In this document: positions 10,217 through 20,232 of the stretch, piece by piece | Layout of the letters: the number at the start of each line of letters is the position of its first letter | Position numbering within the stretch: position 1 is the stretch's first letter | From: an uncultured delta proteobacterium | GTDB lineage: Bacteria > Myxococcota_A > Polyangia > Polyangiales > Polyangiaceae | Direction: 5' to 3' | Length of the DNA stretch: 64,000 nt | Assembly (NCBI GenBank): GCA_963806225.1 | Contig: CAWDXG010000001.1 | Location: 672,001-736,000 of the forward strand | The notes under the pieces: model-generated | What the model saw: the letters and a program-made list of their open reading frames with translations, nothing else | Told to the model about the DNA's origin: nothing | Database searches by the model: none | Position numbers and translations under genes: made by a program

Positions 10217-12733
10217 TCAGGCGACCGTTGGCTCGGCTTCCCGCAGCGAGCTTGCGCTCGTTATCCAGGCAAGCGCGAGCTCACGTCGCAGGGCGTCGGG
10301 ACTGATCGGCTTGGTCAGATACCCGGTCATCCCCGCCGCCAGGCAACGCTCGCGGTCTCCCCGCATGGCTTGTGCCGTCAGCGCAATCACCGGCTGCTCG
10401 AAACCCCTGGCCCGCAGCCGACGGGTGGCCTCGAGTCCGTCCAGCATCGGCATCTGGATGTCCATCAGCACCACGTCGTAGGCCTCGCATTCGGCGGCGG
10501 CCAGTGCCGCTTGGCCATCGACGACGGCGTGCACGGCATGACCCTCGAGCTCCAGCAGCCTGGTCACCAGCAAACGGTTGACGGCGTTGTCCTCGGCTAC
10601 CAGAACCCGCAGCGTCGTCTCCAGGCGCGCCGGCGCGGGCTGGGCAGCGGGCACGGCCTCACCCGACCGGTCGACCGCGAGCGGCACCCTTAGTCGGAAG
10701 GTGCTGCCCACCCCCAACTCGCTCTTCAAGCTCAGGGTCCCGCCCATCGCCTGGGCCAATCGCTTCGCGATGGCCAACCCCAGGCCGCTACCACCGTGGC
10801 GACGATTGGTCGCACCATCGACCTGGCGGAAGGTCTCGAACACCGCCTCCCGCTGGTCTTCGCGGATGCCGATGCCCGTGTCCGACACGGAGATGTCCGC
10901 GTTTGCCACGCCGTCCAGGCCGGCCGTGCTGCAACGAACGCTCAGGGTCACGCGCCCCTGCTTGGTGAACTTGAGCGCATTCCCCAGCAGGTTGGTCAGC
11001 ACCTGTCGCAGGCGCACCTGATCGCCGATCAGCCGCGCCGGCGGCTCCTGGATCTCGAGGTGCAGCCGGAGGCCCGCCTGGGCGGCCTGGTATTCGAACG
11101 GTGGCACCAGCCCCCTCACCAGCTCGGTCAGATCGAAGCTGCTCGGGTACAGCTCCAATCGGTCTTGCTCGATGCGCGACATGTCCAGAACATCCCCGAT
11201 CAGCTCCTGCAGAACGTCCGCCGAACGCCTGGCTGTGCGCAGGTACTGCTCTCGATCGGAATCGTCGTTCAGGGCCAAGTCCAGCATGCCGATCACACCG
11301 TTCAGTGGCGTCCTCAGCTCATGGCTCATGGCCGCCAGGAAGCTTTCCTTGGCTCGCCCAGCGACTTCGGCAGCTTCCTTGGCGCGTTGCAGCTCCATGC
11401 TGGCTTGGACTTGCTCGGTGATGTCTTGCACCTGCGCGATCAGCGTCACCACCGCGTCCGAGGCGTCGCGAGCGGCCGCCACGCTGACCAGCCCCCAGAT
11501 GACATGCCCCGCCCTGTGCAGGTAGCGCTTCTCCATCTGGTAGCTGTCAAGCTCACCAGCGACCAGGCGCTTGAGTTGCCTCAGCTCCGGCTCGAGGTCG
11601 TCAGGGTGGGTGAGCACGCGAAAGTCCATCCCAGCAAGCTCGCTGGGCTCGTACCCGAGCATCTCGGCGAACGCGCGGTTGACGCGCTGGATGCCTCCCG
11701 AGGACATCCCCAGCGCTATTCCAACGCCCGCGTGCTCGAACGAGCTACGGAACCGCGCTTCGCTTTCGCCGAGGGCGTCCAGGGTGCGGCGGATGTCGCT
11801 CACGTCGCGGACCACGGCCACCAGGTAGCTCTCGTGCCCGTAGTCGAGCCGCGCCTTCTTGGTGCTGATAAAGCGCACGTTTCCGTCCCCGTCCGTGATC
11901 GGCTCCTCGTTCACGTCGGGCGTTCCAGTGGAAAACACCTGCTCGTCCCGCTCCCGGGATACCCGCGCCTGCTCCTCGGGGAAGACGTCGAAATCCGACC
12001 GACCCAACAACGCGCTGGCTGGCTGACCGAACAGCCGACATGCCGGCTCGTTGACCACGACCCAGCGGTGCTGCGAATCCTTGACGAATACGGGGTCGGG
12101 TATGTGGTCGAGCACGCCTTCGAGAAATCCGAATGCGTGCTGCACGCGTGCCTCCATGGCCTCGTTGCTGCGTTGACGCCGCCACACCGCTGCCGCGGTC
12201 AGTGCGAAGATCGACACGACGCCCCCCACGAACAGCACCTCGCGCTCCAGCGGCGCCGACGACATCGCAGCAGCCCCCAACGCCAGGGCCGTGGTGAGGA
12301 CTGCATAGATGGCAATGGCCCGCACCGAGACGAAGAACACACTCACCGCGGCCAACGCCACGAACGCACCGACCAGGTACAACCAATCCAGATCGTTGCG
12401 CGCGACCAACGTCATGTAGTGCGCGGTAAGCACCCCCATCGCCCCGTATATGACCAGTGCCAAGTGCCGTCTGATCGGCTCGTACGGTGCGAGCAGCGCC
12501 AACACCGCACAGGCGACACCGACCAACCCGCGTTCCCACAGCGAGTCCCGAGCGTCGGGCACGAACAGCAACGGCAGTACGTACCAGACCGGGTACAAAA
12601 GGCCGATCAACCCCAACAGGAGTCGCGACGCCGTCAGATCCTGGTCGGGGCGGAAGCGCGCGTCGATCGCTCTGGCGACTTGTGCCACATCGGTCAGTAC
12701 GGCCGGCCAGTTTCGCGCAATAAGGGCTACCAC
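10217..12733 (-). CDS. Membrane-bound hybrid sensor histidine kinase (TM-PAS-PAS-HisKA-HATPase-REC)
   Basis: SHELRTPLNG, NLLGNALKFT, DTGIGI, GSGLGLAI, VLVAEDN...MDIQMPMLDG. Confidence 0.95.
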   Translation of the reverse strand: MVALIARNWPAVLTDVAQVARAIDARFRPDQDLTASRLLLGLIGLLYPVWYVLPLLFVPDARDSLWERGLVGVACAVLALLAPYEPIRRHLALVIYGAMGVLTAHYMTLVARNDLDWLYLVGAFVALAAVSVFFVSVRAIAIYAVLTTALALGAAAMSSAPLEREVLFVGGVVSIFALTAAAVWRRQRSNEAMEARVQHAFGFLEGVLDHIPDPVFVKDSQHRWVVVNEPACRLFGQPASALLGRSDFDVFPEEQARVSRERDEQVFSTGTPDVNEEPITDGDGNVRFISTKKARLDYGHESYLVAVVRDVSDIRRTLDALGESEARFRSSFEHAGVGIALGMSSGGIQRVNRAFAEMLGYEPSELAGMDFRVLTHPDDLEPELRQLKRLVAGELDSYQMEKRYLHRAGHVIWGLVSVAAARDASDAVVTLIAQVQDITEQVQASMELQRAKEAAEVAGRAKESFLAAMSHELRTPLNGVIGMLDLALNDDSDREQYLRTARRSADVLQELIGDVLDMSRIEQDRLELYPSSFDLTELVRGLVPPFEYQAAQAGLRLHLEIQEPPARLIGDQVRLRQVLTNLLGNALKFTKQGRVTLSVRCSTAGLDGVANADISVSDTGIGIREDQREAVFETFRQVDGATNRRHGGSGLGLAIAKRLAQAMGGTLSLKSELGVGSTFRLRVPLAVDRSGEAVPAAQPAPARLETTLRVLVAEDNAVNRLLVTRLLELEGHAVHAVVDGQAALAAAECEAYDVVLMDIQMPMLDGLEATRRLRARGFEQPVIALTAQAMRGDRERCLAAGMTGYLTKPISPDALRRELALAWITSASSLREAEPTVA

Positions 12734-12873
12734 CCACTGCCGAGAGCAGCGCTCCCCGTTTCCAGGCTGCGGCCGCGCGACTCAGGAGAGTACGTCTGGC
12801 GCCACGAGATGATTGGCGAGCAGAAGCCTCCCGCTGATGGGCTGGCGGACGAGCATGTTCTCGGCGATGAGCA

Positions 12874-12954
12874 CAGGGCGGCTATCGCGGAGCGGCGCTG
12901 CGTGGTTATGCTCGCGCCGCCCGGCTTCCGCCGGCCAAGTCATGACCACTTCCG
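12874..12954 (+). repeat. Right copy of 81-bp direct repeat (includes miaE start codon)
   Basis: cagggcggctatcgcggagcggcgctgcgtggttatgctc...catgaccacttccg. Confidence 0.95.
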
Positions 12955-13562
12955 GTACCGTCCCGCCCCGCCGCCGTACCGCGGACGCCTTGCTGCGCTC
13001 GTCGAGTGACGCGCGTTGGGCGAAGGTCGCCGCCGACGCTCTCGACGACACCCTGGCTGACCACGCCCACTGCGAGAAGAAGGCCGCCGCCAGCGCGATC
13101 GCACTCATCAACGACTACCCGGGCGACACGCGGCTCGTGCATGCGCTCGGGCACCTCGCCGAGGAGGAGATCGGTCACTTCCGGGAGATCCACGCCGAGC
13201 TCGTCGAGCGCGGCGCCACGCTGCCACGTGATCGCGGTGACCCGTACGTCAAACAGCTGCTCGCCCACCAGCGAAGGCCCGCTCACGAGCGCAAGCTCGA
13301 CCGCCTGCTGGTATGCGCGCTCATCGAAGCGCGCTCGTGTGAGCGTTTCCAGCTGCTAGGCGCCGAGCTTGGCGCCCGCGGAGAGAGCGAGCTTGCCGCG
13401 CGCTTCCGCCGCCTCGAGTCCAGCGAAGCCGGCCACGCCGCGCTCTTCGTCAAGCTCGCGCGCGACGAGTTCGGGGGTGCTGCGGACGCGCGGCTGGACG
13501 AGCTGGCGGTGGCCGAGGCGGGGATTGTCGCCGAGCTGCCGATCGTAGCGCGGATACACTGA
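12942..13562 (+). CDS. miaE: tRNA-(ms2io6A37) hydroxylase, di-iron ferritin-like
   Basis: DHAHCEKKAA, EEIGHF, DRLLVCALIEARSCERF, SEAGH. Confidence 0.9.
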   Translation: MTTSGTVPPRRRTADALLRSSSDARWAKVAADALDDTLADHAHCEKKAAASAIALINDYPGDTRLVHALGHLAEEEIGHFREIHAELVERGATLPRDRGDPYVKQLLAHQRRPAHERKLDRLLVCALIEARSCERFQLLGAELGARGESELAARFRRLESSEAGHAALFVKLARDEFGGAADARLDELAVAEAGIVAELPIVARIH

Positions 13563-13575
13563 GAGCGGCTATCAA

Positions 13576-13656
13576 CGGCGCGTCATCAACTTCTACAGTC
13601 TGCACGCGCTGTTCCCCGAGGAAATGAGCCTGAAGCTGAACAGGGGAACCGACGCC
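13576..13656 (+). pseudogene. Orphan C-terminal remnant resembling a Suppressor-of-fused (SUFU)-like domain
   Basis: Translates RRVINFYSLHALFPEEMSLKLNRGTDA; there is no upstream body. Confidence 0.45.
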
Positions 13657-13692
13657 GCCGCGCCGGTGCGGACGCGCGCTATCGCATGCACG

Positions 13693-15882
13693 TCACCCTA
13701 CAGATTTGCGACGACGTACCCAGTCGCGAGCGAGCCATCCCGCGAACAGGGCAAGGGCCAGTGCGGCCAGGGCGAGCCCGCGTTCGAGCGAGCGCGGTCG
13801 ATACGCGACGGTCACGGGCCCGCGAGTGCCGGCTGGAACGGAAACGGCGACGAGCGTCCCCAGGTACTGCTGGACGGGTGCTTCCACGCCGTCGACGCGA
13901 GCTCGGTAGCCGGGGTACGCCACGCGCTTGAACACAACGAGCGCCGGTCGGGCTAGCGGTGCGGACAACGTTACCGTCGCTGCGGTATCGGATTCCTCGA
14001 GATGTAGCCCGGGCTGCGAAAGATGCTTGTCGCGTGCGCTCTCGTCGAGAAGCCACGCGCGCGGTGCCGGCGTAGCGCCCTTGTGAAGCACCAAGCCGCC
14101 CTTGACCTTCCCGGCGGGTGACCATCCGTGGGAGACAAGCTTGCCGATCGCCTTCTTCCCCAGGTCGGGCGTTACGACGAGGCCGTCGACGCCGAGTCGG
14201 TCAAGGATGGTGCCGTCGTCGACGAACGCGTGAGCCGCCCGCGGCGCGGCGGCGCAGCTACACAACCAGCCATGGGTATCGAACGGAAACGTCCTCCATA
14301 CAACCCGGGGACCAAGCGGCGAATACCCGTTGACGAAGGACAGCCCCGAGAGCAATGCCAGGTTGCCGAACCGGAGCTGCGCGTTGAACCCGACGGGCGG
14401 CGTCGCGACCGACGGGCTCCAGACCAGCGCCAGGTACGTGCGCGCCGGATCCAGAGGTCCGTGAGCAGCGAGCGCCTGCGTCAGCTTCCAGGTAGTGCTG
14501 TCCGACGCTGGGCTGACGTACAGGGTGAACAGCGTTGCGGACACCGCGATCGCCGAGGGCGCGCTCGCGCGCAGTCTGCGCAGCCGCGACGCGCTGGCCA
14601 GATACCAGAACCCACAACCAAGCACTGCGGCGAAGACCACTCGGGCCACGGCGGTCCACTGCGCGGCGCCGGACCCCAGGAGCGGCAGCGATGACGCGAC
14701 CACGAGCAGGAGGCAGATGGCACCCGGGTGCAGTATCAACCGTCGCACCTTGGCCAGCGGCTCGCGACGCGACGCCTTGTCCGGCGCCAGGGCATCGAGC
14801 GCTTTCGCCGCCACTAGCGCGAGCGCGAGATGCCAGAGCGGCAACCACCGGAACGACCAGCGGAAGGGCGCCCGGCTGGGCAAGCTTGCGAGCACGAGGG
14901 CGAGCAAGGCGACCCCCATCCAGGCCCTGGTTGCGCCAAGCAACGCTGCACGCGACGACCTTGCGAGCCACGCCGAGGCAATCACCGCCAGACCGACGAC
15001 GCTGAGCAGCTCCGGTGCGACACGAAAGACAAGGTGGTCGACTCCGTGCCAGTTGGCATGCCAGATCGGCGTCAGCAGCCCTGGCAGCGCACCGAGCGGA
15101 ACCGTCCACGCGTGAACGGTGCCGGGGAGGGATCGGAGCCGCACGCTCGCGGCAGCGTATTGTCGGAGCATGAGCAGTGCGGGCGCGGCAAGACCCAAGC
15201 CCAGCGCTGCGGCGAAGACGGCGGTGGCCGCCCACCTCACGTCCCGCGTGCGGCGGACCTTGTCGACGACGAGCCACGAGCCGACCAGCCCCGCGATGCC
15301 CACAGTATAGGGCCATCCGGCAACGGCGGTCGCGTAGGTGATTGGCGTGACGAGTAGCGGACGTCCGCAGCGCCGGAGCGCCCACGCCAGCCACGGTACC
15401 CACGCGAAGCTGGCCAGCGCCGGATACCACGGGACCGCCCAACGCAACGTCCAGCCGTTGAAGGTTGCCAGCATTGCCGCGAACACGGCCGCCGAGATCG
15501 AGGTTCCTTCGACACGCGCCAGGCGGAACGTCCCCGCCGCGAGCCACGCGACAGGAACCGCCACAAGCACGAACGCCGTGCCGCGGAGCGACCCTCCAAT
15601 CGACCACGCAAGCACATCCGTGGTCACGGCGAAGATGGAGAACACCCCGTGCTGGTACTCGGCTGCCAGAGCCCCACCGAACCACGAGCGCGGCGTCATC
15701 AACGCGAGGTGCCCGTGCTTCGCGGCGAGCCAGACCTCGCGCGACGCGCCGAGGTATTGCGCCATCATGTCGTCGCGGAAGCACGTGGCCGGGTCGACTG
15801 CGACGACTGCGGCAAGGACGACAACCGCGAGCGCGGCGACCGCGACCGTGATCTGCGCCTCGCGGGTGGTGGCCCGACTCAT
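13693..15882 (-). CDS. YfhO-like polytopic membrane protein (GT-C glycosyltransferase-like)
   Basis: N-terminal FRDD after the first TM, many TMs, NGYSPL, YPGYRARVDG...VPAG...AYRPRSL C-terminus. Confidence 0.8.
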   Translation of the reverse strand: MSRATTREAQITVAVAALAVVVLAAVVAVDPATCFRDDMMAQYLGASREVWLAAKHGHLALMTPRSWFGGALAAEYQHGVFSIFAVTTDVLAWSIGGSLRGTAFVLVAVPVAWLAAGTFRLARVEGTSISAAVFAAMLATFNGWTLRWAVPWYPALASFAWVPWLAWALRRCGRPLLVTPITYATAVAGWPYTVGIAGLVGSWLVVDKVRRTRDVRWAATAVFAAALGLGLAAPALLMLRQYAAASVRLRSLPGTVHAWTVPLGALPGLLTPIWHANWHGVDHLVFRVAPELLSVVGLAVIASAWLARSSRAALLGATRAWMGVALLALVLASLPSRAPFRWSFRWLPLWHLALALVAAKALDALAPDKASRREPLAKVRRLILHPGAICLLLVVASSLPLLGSGAAQWTAVARVVFAAVLGCGFWYLASASRLRRLRASAPSAIAVSATLFTLYVSPASDSTTWKLTQALAAHGPLDPARTYLALVWSPSVATPPVGFNAQLRFGNLALLSGLSFVNGYSPLGPRVVWRTFPFDTHGWLCSCAAAPRAAHAFVDDGTILDRLGVDGLVVTPDLGKKAIGKLVSHGWSPAGKVKGGLVLHKGATPAPRAWLLDESARDKHLSQPGLHLEESDTAATVTLSAPLARPALVVFKRVAYPGYRARVDGVEAPVQQYLGTLVAVSVPAGTRGPVTVAYRPRSLERGLALAALALALFAGWLARDWVRRRKSVG

Positions 15883-16094
15883 GGCGTCACCATAGGGCAT
15901 GCGTCGCGCACGACACGAGCGTCATCTCCGACGCCATCGGCGTTCGCGTCACGCGGTTCCGCGCCGGGCCGGCATCCAGCGCAACTCGTCAAGGCTCGAT
16001 TATTTGAGTTGTGTCAGCCCGTTACGCGCCCGGAGGCCCAACTGCGAGCGCGTTTGGGTGGTATGGTATTCCAGTCAATCATGGAAAGGGAGTC

Positions 16095-16556
16095 ATGACC
16101 CGTAGCGAAACGCGTGACGGTGCGCTCGTCGTGACGCAGGGCACGTGGCTCTATGTGTCGATGGGCTCGTTTTTTGCCGGTCTTGCGCTTGTCACGATGT
16201 CGGTGGTCGTCATCAAGGGCGACATCTCGGTCGTCCCCGCGGCCTTCATCGAGGGCATCGTCGGAGGCTTTCTCATGACACGACCCATCCGGCGGGTCAG
16301 TACGCTACGCCCAGGCGCTCCCGCGATGTTCGAGGTCCGCACGCTGTTCGGGACGCGTCGCCGCGAGGCCGAGGACGTGACCGGCGTATCGCTCGTCATC
16401 GGCACCTACCGCGCGTACGTGTCTCTGAGGTCTCGCGAAAGCCCGCCCGAGACCATCCTGACGAAGTCGAAGACCTGGACATGGGAGCGCGACAACACGC
16501 CGGCACGCCAATACGCCGAGGAGATAGCTCGCTTCCTCGGCCTGCAGCTGGGCTGA
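16095..16556 (+). CDS. Small hypothetical membrane protein
   Basis: RBS-like aagggag, two TMs followed by a beta-rich domain. Confidence 0.6.
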   Translation: MTRSETRDGALVVTQGTWLYVSMGSFFAGLALVTMSVVVIKGDISVVPAAFIEGIVGGFLMTRPIRRVSTLRPGAPAMFEVRTLFGTRRREAEDVTGVSLVIGTYRAYVSLRSRESPPETILTKSKTWTWERDNTPARQYAEEIARFLGLQLG

Positions 16557-16619
16557 GCCGCGGCGCCGCCCTGGTTGCCGGCGAAGCGCTGGCGACATCT
16601 TCGTGGGTTCGTCGCCAAA

Positions 16620-17537
16620 TCAGGGACGGTTGCCGAGCTCGAATCCGGCCGCTTGCAGGACCTCGCCCAAACGCTGGATATGCGCAGGGCCCACTTCGCA
16701 GCAGCCGCCCACCAGGCGAGCGCCCATGGTGACCCATTGCATGGCGTGCGCTGCATATGCGTCTGGATCTAGATCCGTGCGCACGCTCAGGCCTTCCACC
16801 GTTCCGCCGGCCTGGAGTGCCGCTGCGTTGGTGAAGCCATTGGCATAGGCGCCAAATGGCAGCCCGCTGTCGGCCAGAACAGCCAGGCCCTGTGTGATCG
16901 CTTCTGGCCATGAGCAGTTGAGCAGCAGGGCCGACGCGCCGGCCGCCACGGCGGCTCCGACGCCTAGGCTCAAGGGTTCGCCGGAGCGCAACTGGGTGCC
17001 GTCCGAATCGGATACCGTCATCGACGCCCATACCGGTTTGCCACTTGCAACGCCTGCGGTGGTCGCCGTGCGGACCTCACGCGCCGTCGTCAGGGTTTCG
17101 CACAAGAACAAATCAACGCCATCCGCCTGCGCGGCGACCAACTGGATGTAGTCGTGCAGGCAGCTCGCTTCATCCGGTACGTCTTCGGCGTGGTAGCTGC
17201 TAACGAGCGGCGGCAAGCACCCAGCGACTTGTACAGCGTGGCCCTGGGCGCTTTCGTCACGACTGGCTTGTGCCGCGGCAATAGCGGCGTCGTGCAGAGA
17301 CCGAAACGACGCACCTCGTTGCTGGCTGGCCAGTCGCGCGGGGGTTGCGGTGTAGTTGTTCAGCGTGATCACGCGAGCACCCGACCGGATGTAGTCGCTG
17401 TGAACCGTTTGCACCAGATCAGGCTCGTTCAGCATCACGCTCGCAGACCACAGCGGCGTCGGCGGGTGCTCGGAGCGCTTCAATAGCTCTTGCCCCATAC
17501 CGCCGTCTAGCAGCACCACGCGTGTTGATAGGCTCAT
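16620..17537 (-). CDS. Homocysteine S-methyltransferase family protein
   Basis: LLDGGMGQEL, LNC, AYANG, VGGCCEVGPAHI. Confidence 0.92.
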   Translation of the reverse strand: MSLSTRVVLLDGGMGQELLKRSEHPPTPLWSASVMLNEPDLVQTVHSDYIRSGARVITLNNYTATPARLASQQRGASFRSLHDAAIAAAQASRDESAQGHAVQVAGCLPPLVSSYHAEDVPDEASCLHDYIQLVAAQADGVDLFLCETLTTAREVRTATTAGVASGKPVWASMTVSDSDGTQLRSGEPLSLGVGAAVAAGASALLLNCSWPEAITQGLAVLADSGLPFGAYANGFTNAAALQAGGTVEGLSVRTDLDPDAYAAHAMQWVTMGARLVGGCCEVGPAHIQRLGEVLQAAGFELGNRP

Positions 17538-17571
17538 TTGTTCCTTCCTCGATTGTTGTTCCTATCCTCGG

Positions 17572-18253
17572 TCATGCGCACGGTGCGGTGACGCGCCAGC
17601 TTCGCACCGCGAGCAGCTGGTAGAGCGGAATGGCAGGCGCAAAGCCCGCCTCGGCGAGCTGCGCGCCCAGCTCGTCCTCGCGCACCTCTTCGACCTGTGA
17701 CGCGGTCGGAGCCTTGCGCCGCGCGAGCGCCTCGGGACTCATGCCGCGGCGCACCGCGTAGTCTTTGCGGAGCGAGGCCCAGTGCGGTGCCACACCGGGC
17801 GCTTCGCTGTCCGTGATTGCGGTGAGCACGAGCGCGCCGCCAGGCCGGATAAGCGCTCGTACCGCACGCAGCCAGTCGACGCGCGCAGCCTTCGGGATGA
17901 AGTGGAGCACGAGCGTCGAGACGACGACGTTCGAAGGGCGGCTCGCTTGCGATGGCGTGGACCGAGCCTTCCACGACGCAGGATTCGATCCCCTCCGCCT
18001 TGCATCGCGTGCGCGTCGCTTCGACCATCGCCGCGCTGGGATCACAGGCGACGATCTCGGCTCCCGGAAGCAGTCGGGCGAGCGGCACGAGCCCGCTGCC
18101 TGTGCCACACCCGATGTCGAGCACGCGCGGCGTGTCGCCGAGCCCGGTGGCGGCTGCGAGCGCAACGAGCTCCTGCAGCGCGTCGTAGCCTGGCACCGTG
18201 GCAGCGGCAATGCGGTCGTAGGCCTCCGGATCGAAGGCAGCTACTGCGCTCAT
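17572..18253 (-). CDS. Class I SAM methyltransferase (CmoA-like) with apparent +1 frameshift at about 17930
   Basis: AYDR...VPGYDALQ, VLDIGCGTG; continues in another frame as (D)VVVSTLVLHF...IRPGG. Confidence 0.8.
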
Positions 18254-18522
18254 GACGCGCCTGTCATGCGCGCCGCATCCGTCTTCGCCACGGCCGCGCG
18301 CAAGATGGTGAGGAACTCCTCGAGCGGAACGCGATGGACGCGTGCGGCGCGCTCGACGGTGAGCATGCGCCCGAGAACGCGGCGCACCGAGAATCGACCG
18401 ACGCGCTTGACACCGAAGGCTGCCATCACTTCGGCGATGTCGCCGTAGCGGTCGAGGATCTCCGACACGCGAGTCTCGCGGTCGATCGTGAAGGAAATTT
18501 CGTGGGTCGTGTTCTGGCTCAT
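18250..18522 (-). CDS. DUF1858-like small protein
   Basis: TRVSEILDRY..IAEVMAAFG...TVERAARVH pattern; ATGA overlap with the downstream gene. Confidence 0.7.
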   Translation of the reverse strand: MSQNTTHEISFTIDRETRVSEILDRYGDIAEVMAAFGVKRVGRFSVRRVLGRMLTVERAARVHRVPLEEFLTILRAAVAKTDAARMTGAS

Positions 18523-18569
18523 GGTCTTGTTCCTCTCTGGACAAGTAACAAGCTAGTGCGCCGCGGGCC

Positions 18570-18722
18570 ATGTCGGAAGTGCGATCACCGGTGGCCACGC
18601 CGCGGGTGCGCGTACCGATGGTGTAGCACGCGCGCGCGCACCGCGATCCGCGCCAGCGCTGGCTGCGCGCGTTGCTCGACGAGATCGCTTCCGGGCTCGA
18701 TCCGGCGACGCTCCGCTGGTGA
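18570..18722 (+). pseudogene. C-terminal remnant of a LysR-type regulator substrate-binding domain
   Basis: MSEVRSPVATPRVRVPMV*HARAHRDPRQRWLRALLDEIA; TAG at 18624 replaces the W of the WHxxxxxDPxxxWLR motif. Confidence 0.6.
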
Positions 18723-18939
18723 CGGCGCTCTCTCGGTGCGGTCGGCAACGGCGCGCGGTCCCGCTTGCGCCGTGTGTCGCTGACGGGCGGGGGGATCCAC
18801 AAACACGCGCGACGGACCGAGCGGTCCGTCTTCCTGGTCGAAGTTCCGACAGCTTGCGAAGTCGGGTGCTTGCGACCACGATGCGTGCGCCCTGTGGCGC
18901 CGTCACAGGATGCACTCCCACCCTTCACTGGAGATCGAG

Positions 18940-19515
18940 ATGTCCTTGTCGCTCGCAGTCATTATCGGAAGCACTCGCCCCGGCCGCATCGGTCCGAAGG
19001 TGGGCGCATGGGTGGAGCGCGCTGCACGTGCCCACGCTCGCTTCAACGTCACGCTCGTCGACCTCGCCGAGCTGTCGCTTCCCTTGCTCGACGAGCCCCG
19101 CCATCCGTCGAAGAAGGAGTACGAGCACGAGCACACGAAGCGTTGGAGCGCCCTCGCCGACGTTGCCGACGCGTTCGTCTTCGTCACGCCCGAATACGAC
19201 TTCTTCCCGCCTGCATCCGTCGTCAACGCAGTGCAGGTGCTCTCGCAGGAGTGGAAGTACAAGCCTGCCGGGGTCGTCTGCTACGGGGGGATCTCGGGAG
19301 GCTTTCGTTCCGCGCAGGAGCTTCGCTTGCTGCTTTCGAACGTGAACGTCATGGCCATTCCGGCCACGGTCGCTCTGCATTCGGTGCATTCGCTCGTCGA
19401 CGAAGCTGGCGTCCTCGCGCCGACCGAGTCCCACGAGCGTGGGTTCGCCCGCATGCTCGACGAGCTCGCCCGCTGGGGCGAAGCGCTGCGCCCGCTTCGC
19501 GCGCAAGCGAAGTAG
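18940..19515 (+). CDS. NADPH-dependent FMN reductase
   Basis: IIGSTRPGR, FVTPEY, YGGISGG. Confidence 0.92.
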   Translation: MSLSLAVIIGSTRPGRIGPKVGAWVERAARAHARFNVTLVDLAELSLPLLDEPRHPSKKEYEHEHTKRWSALADVADAFVFVTPEYDFFPPASVVNAVQVLSQEWKYKPAGVVCYGGISGGFRSAQELRLLLSNVNVMAIPATVALHSVHSLVDEAGVLAPTESHERGFARMLDELARWGEALRPLRAQAK

Positions 19516-19556
19516 CGCGCTCTGGAAGAACGGAGGGTCGCGGCCAGGCCGCGCGT

Positions 19557-20192
19557 TCACGGGCTGAACGTGAACCCGGCCACCACGGCTTTGCAGGCTG
19601 CAGCGGCGGGGTCGTCTCGCGCGTCGATGTTGCACGTTATGACCCACATGGAGCTCGGCGAGTACGCTATCGTGGCGACCGCGAGGCGGTTGGGGTTCTT
19701 CGCTTCCTGCATCACGTAGCGGCAGGAGCTGCCCCACGGCGTGGGGATGATCTTTGCGCCGCGGTTCACCAGCTTGCCGCCCTGGCCGAGCGCTTCCGCG
19801 GTCTCTGCGCAGAGCTTTGGATCGGTCGGGTCGTAGCTGCCCGGCGACGCCACAGGCGTGACGACCACGCTGCCCAGGAACGAGTCCGGTGAGCTGCGGG
19901 CCTTTTCCGCGATGACCGAGCCGCCCGCCGACCAGACCTGCTGGAATGCCGCGAGGTGGACCTCGGTGAACCCGACCGGGAGCGGGTAGCTGTAGGCGGC
20001 GGTCGTGACGCGCTCGGCGGGCGCGGAGTCCGGTACCGCTGCCGCGGGCTCCGCGGGTGCGCGCGCCGCGGCGGTCTTGCTCCCTGTCGCACGGGGCGAC
20101 GCCGGTGGCGGGTTGCCGTGCCCGCACCCCTGCAGAAGAACCAGTCCCGCGAACGACTTCACCGCGATGCGGCAGAACCTCGAGCTTGTCAC
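19557..20192 (-). CDS. Hypothetical lipoprotein
   Basis: Lipobox LLQGC, Pro/Ala linker, globular C-terminus with 4 Cys. Confidence 0.65.
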   Translation of the reverse strand: MTSSRFCRIAVKSFAGLVLLQGCGHGNPPPASPRATGSKTAAARAPAEPAAAVPDSAPAERVTTAAYSYPLPVGFTEVHLAAFQQVWSAGGSVIAEKARSSPDSFLGSVVVTPVASPGSYDPTDPKLCAETAEALGQGGKLVNRGAKIIPTPWGSSCRYVMQEAKNPNRLAVATIAYSPSSMWVITCNIDARDDPAAAACKAVVAGFTFSP

Positions 20193-20232
20193 TTCCGCCC
20201 CGGTAGCCTGGCGGACGCGCGGACGCCAGGGT

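Larger units (their letters stand above)
6771..12954. mobile_element. Putative integrase-less insertion/islet bounded by direct repeats
   Basis: Repeats 6103 bp apart; removing the block restores an ATGA-coupled membrane gene-miaE junction; no recombinase gene inside. Confidence 0.55.

Noticed and set aside
18624..18626. TAG recoding (pyrrolysine/readthrough)
   Set aside because: Lies in a truncated relic; TAG is a normal stop in many genes here
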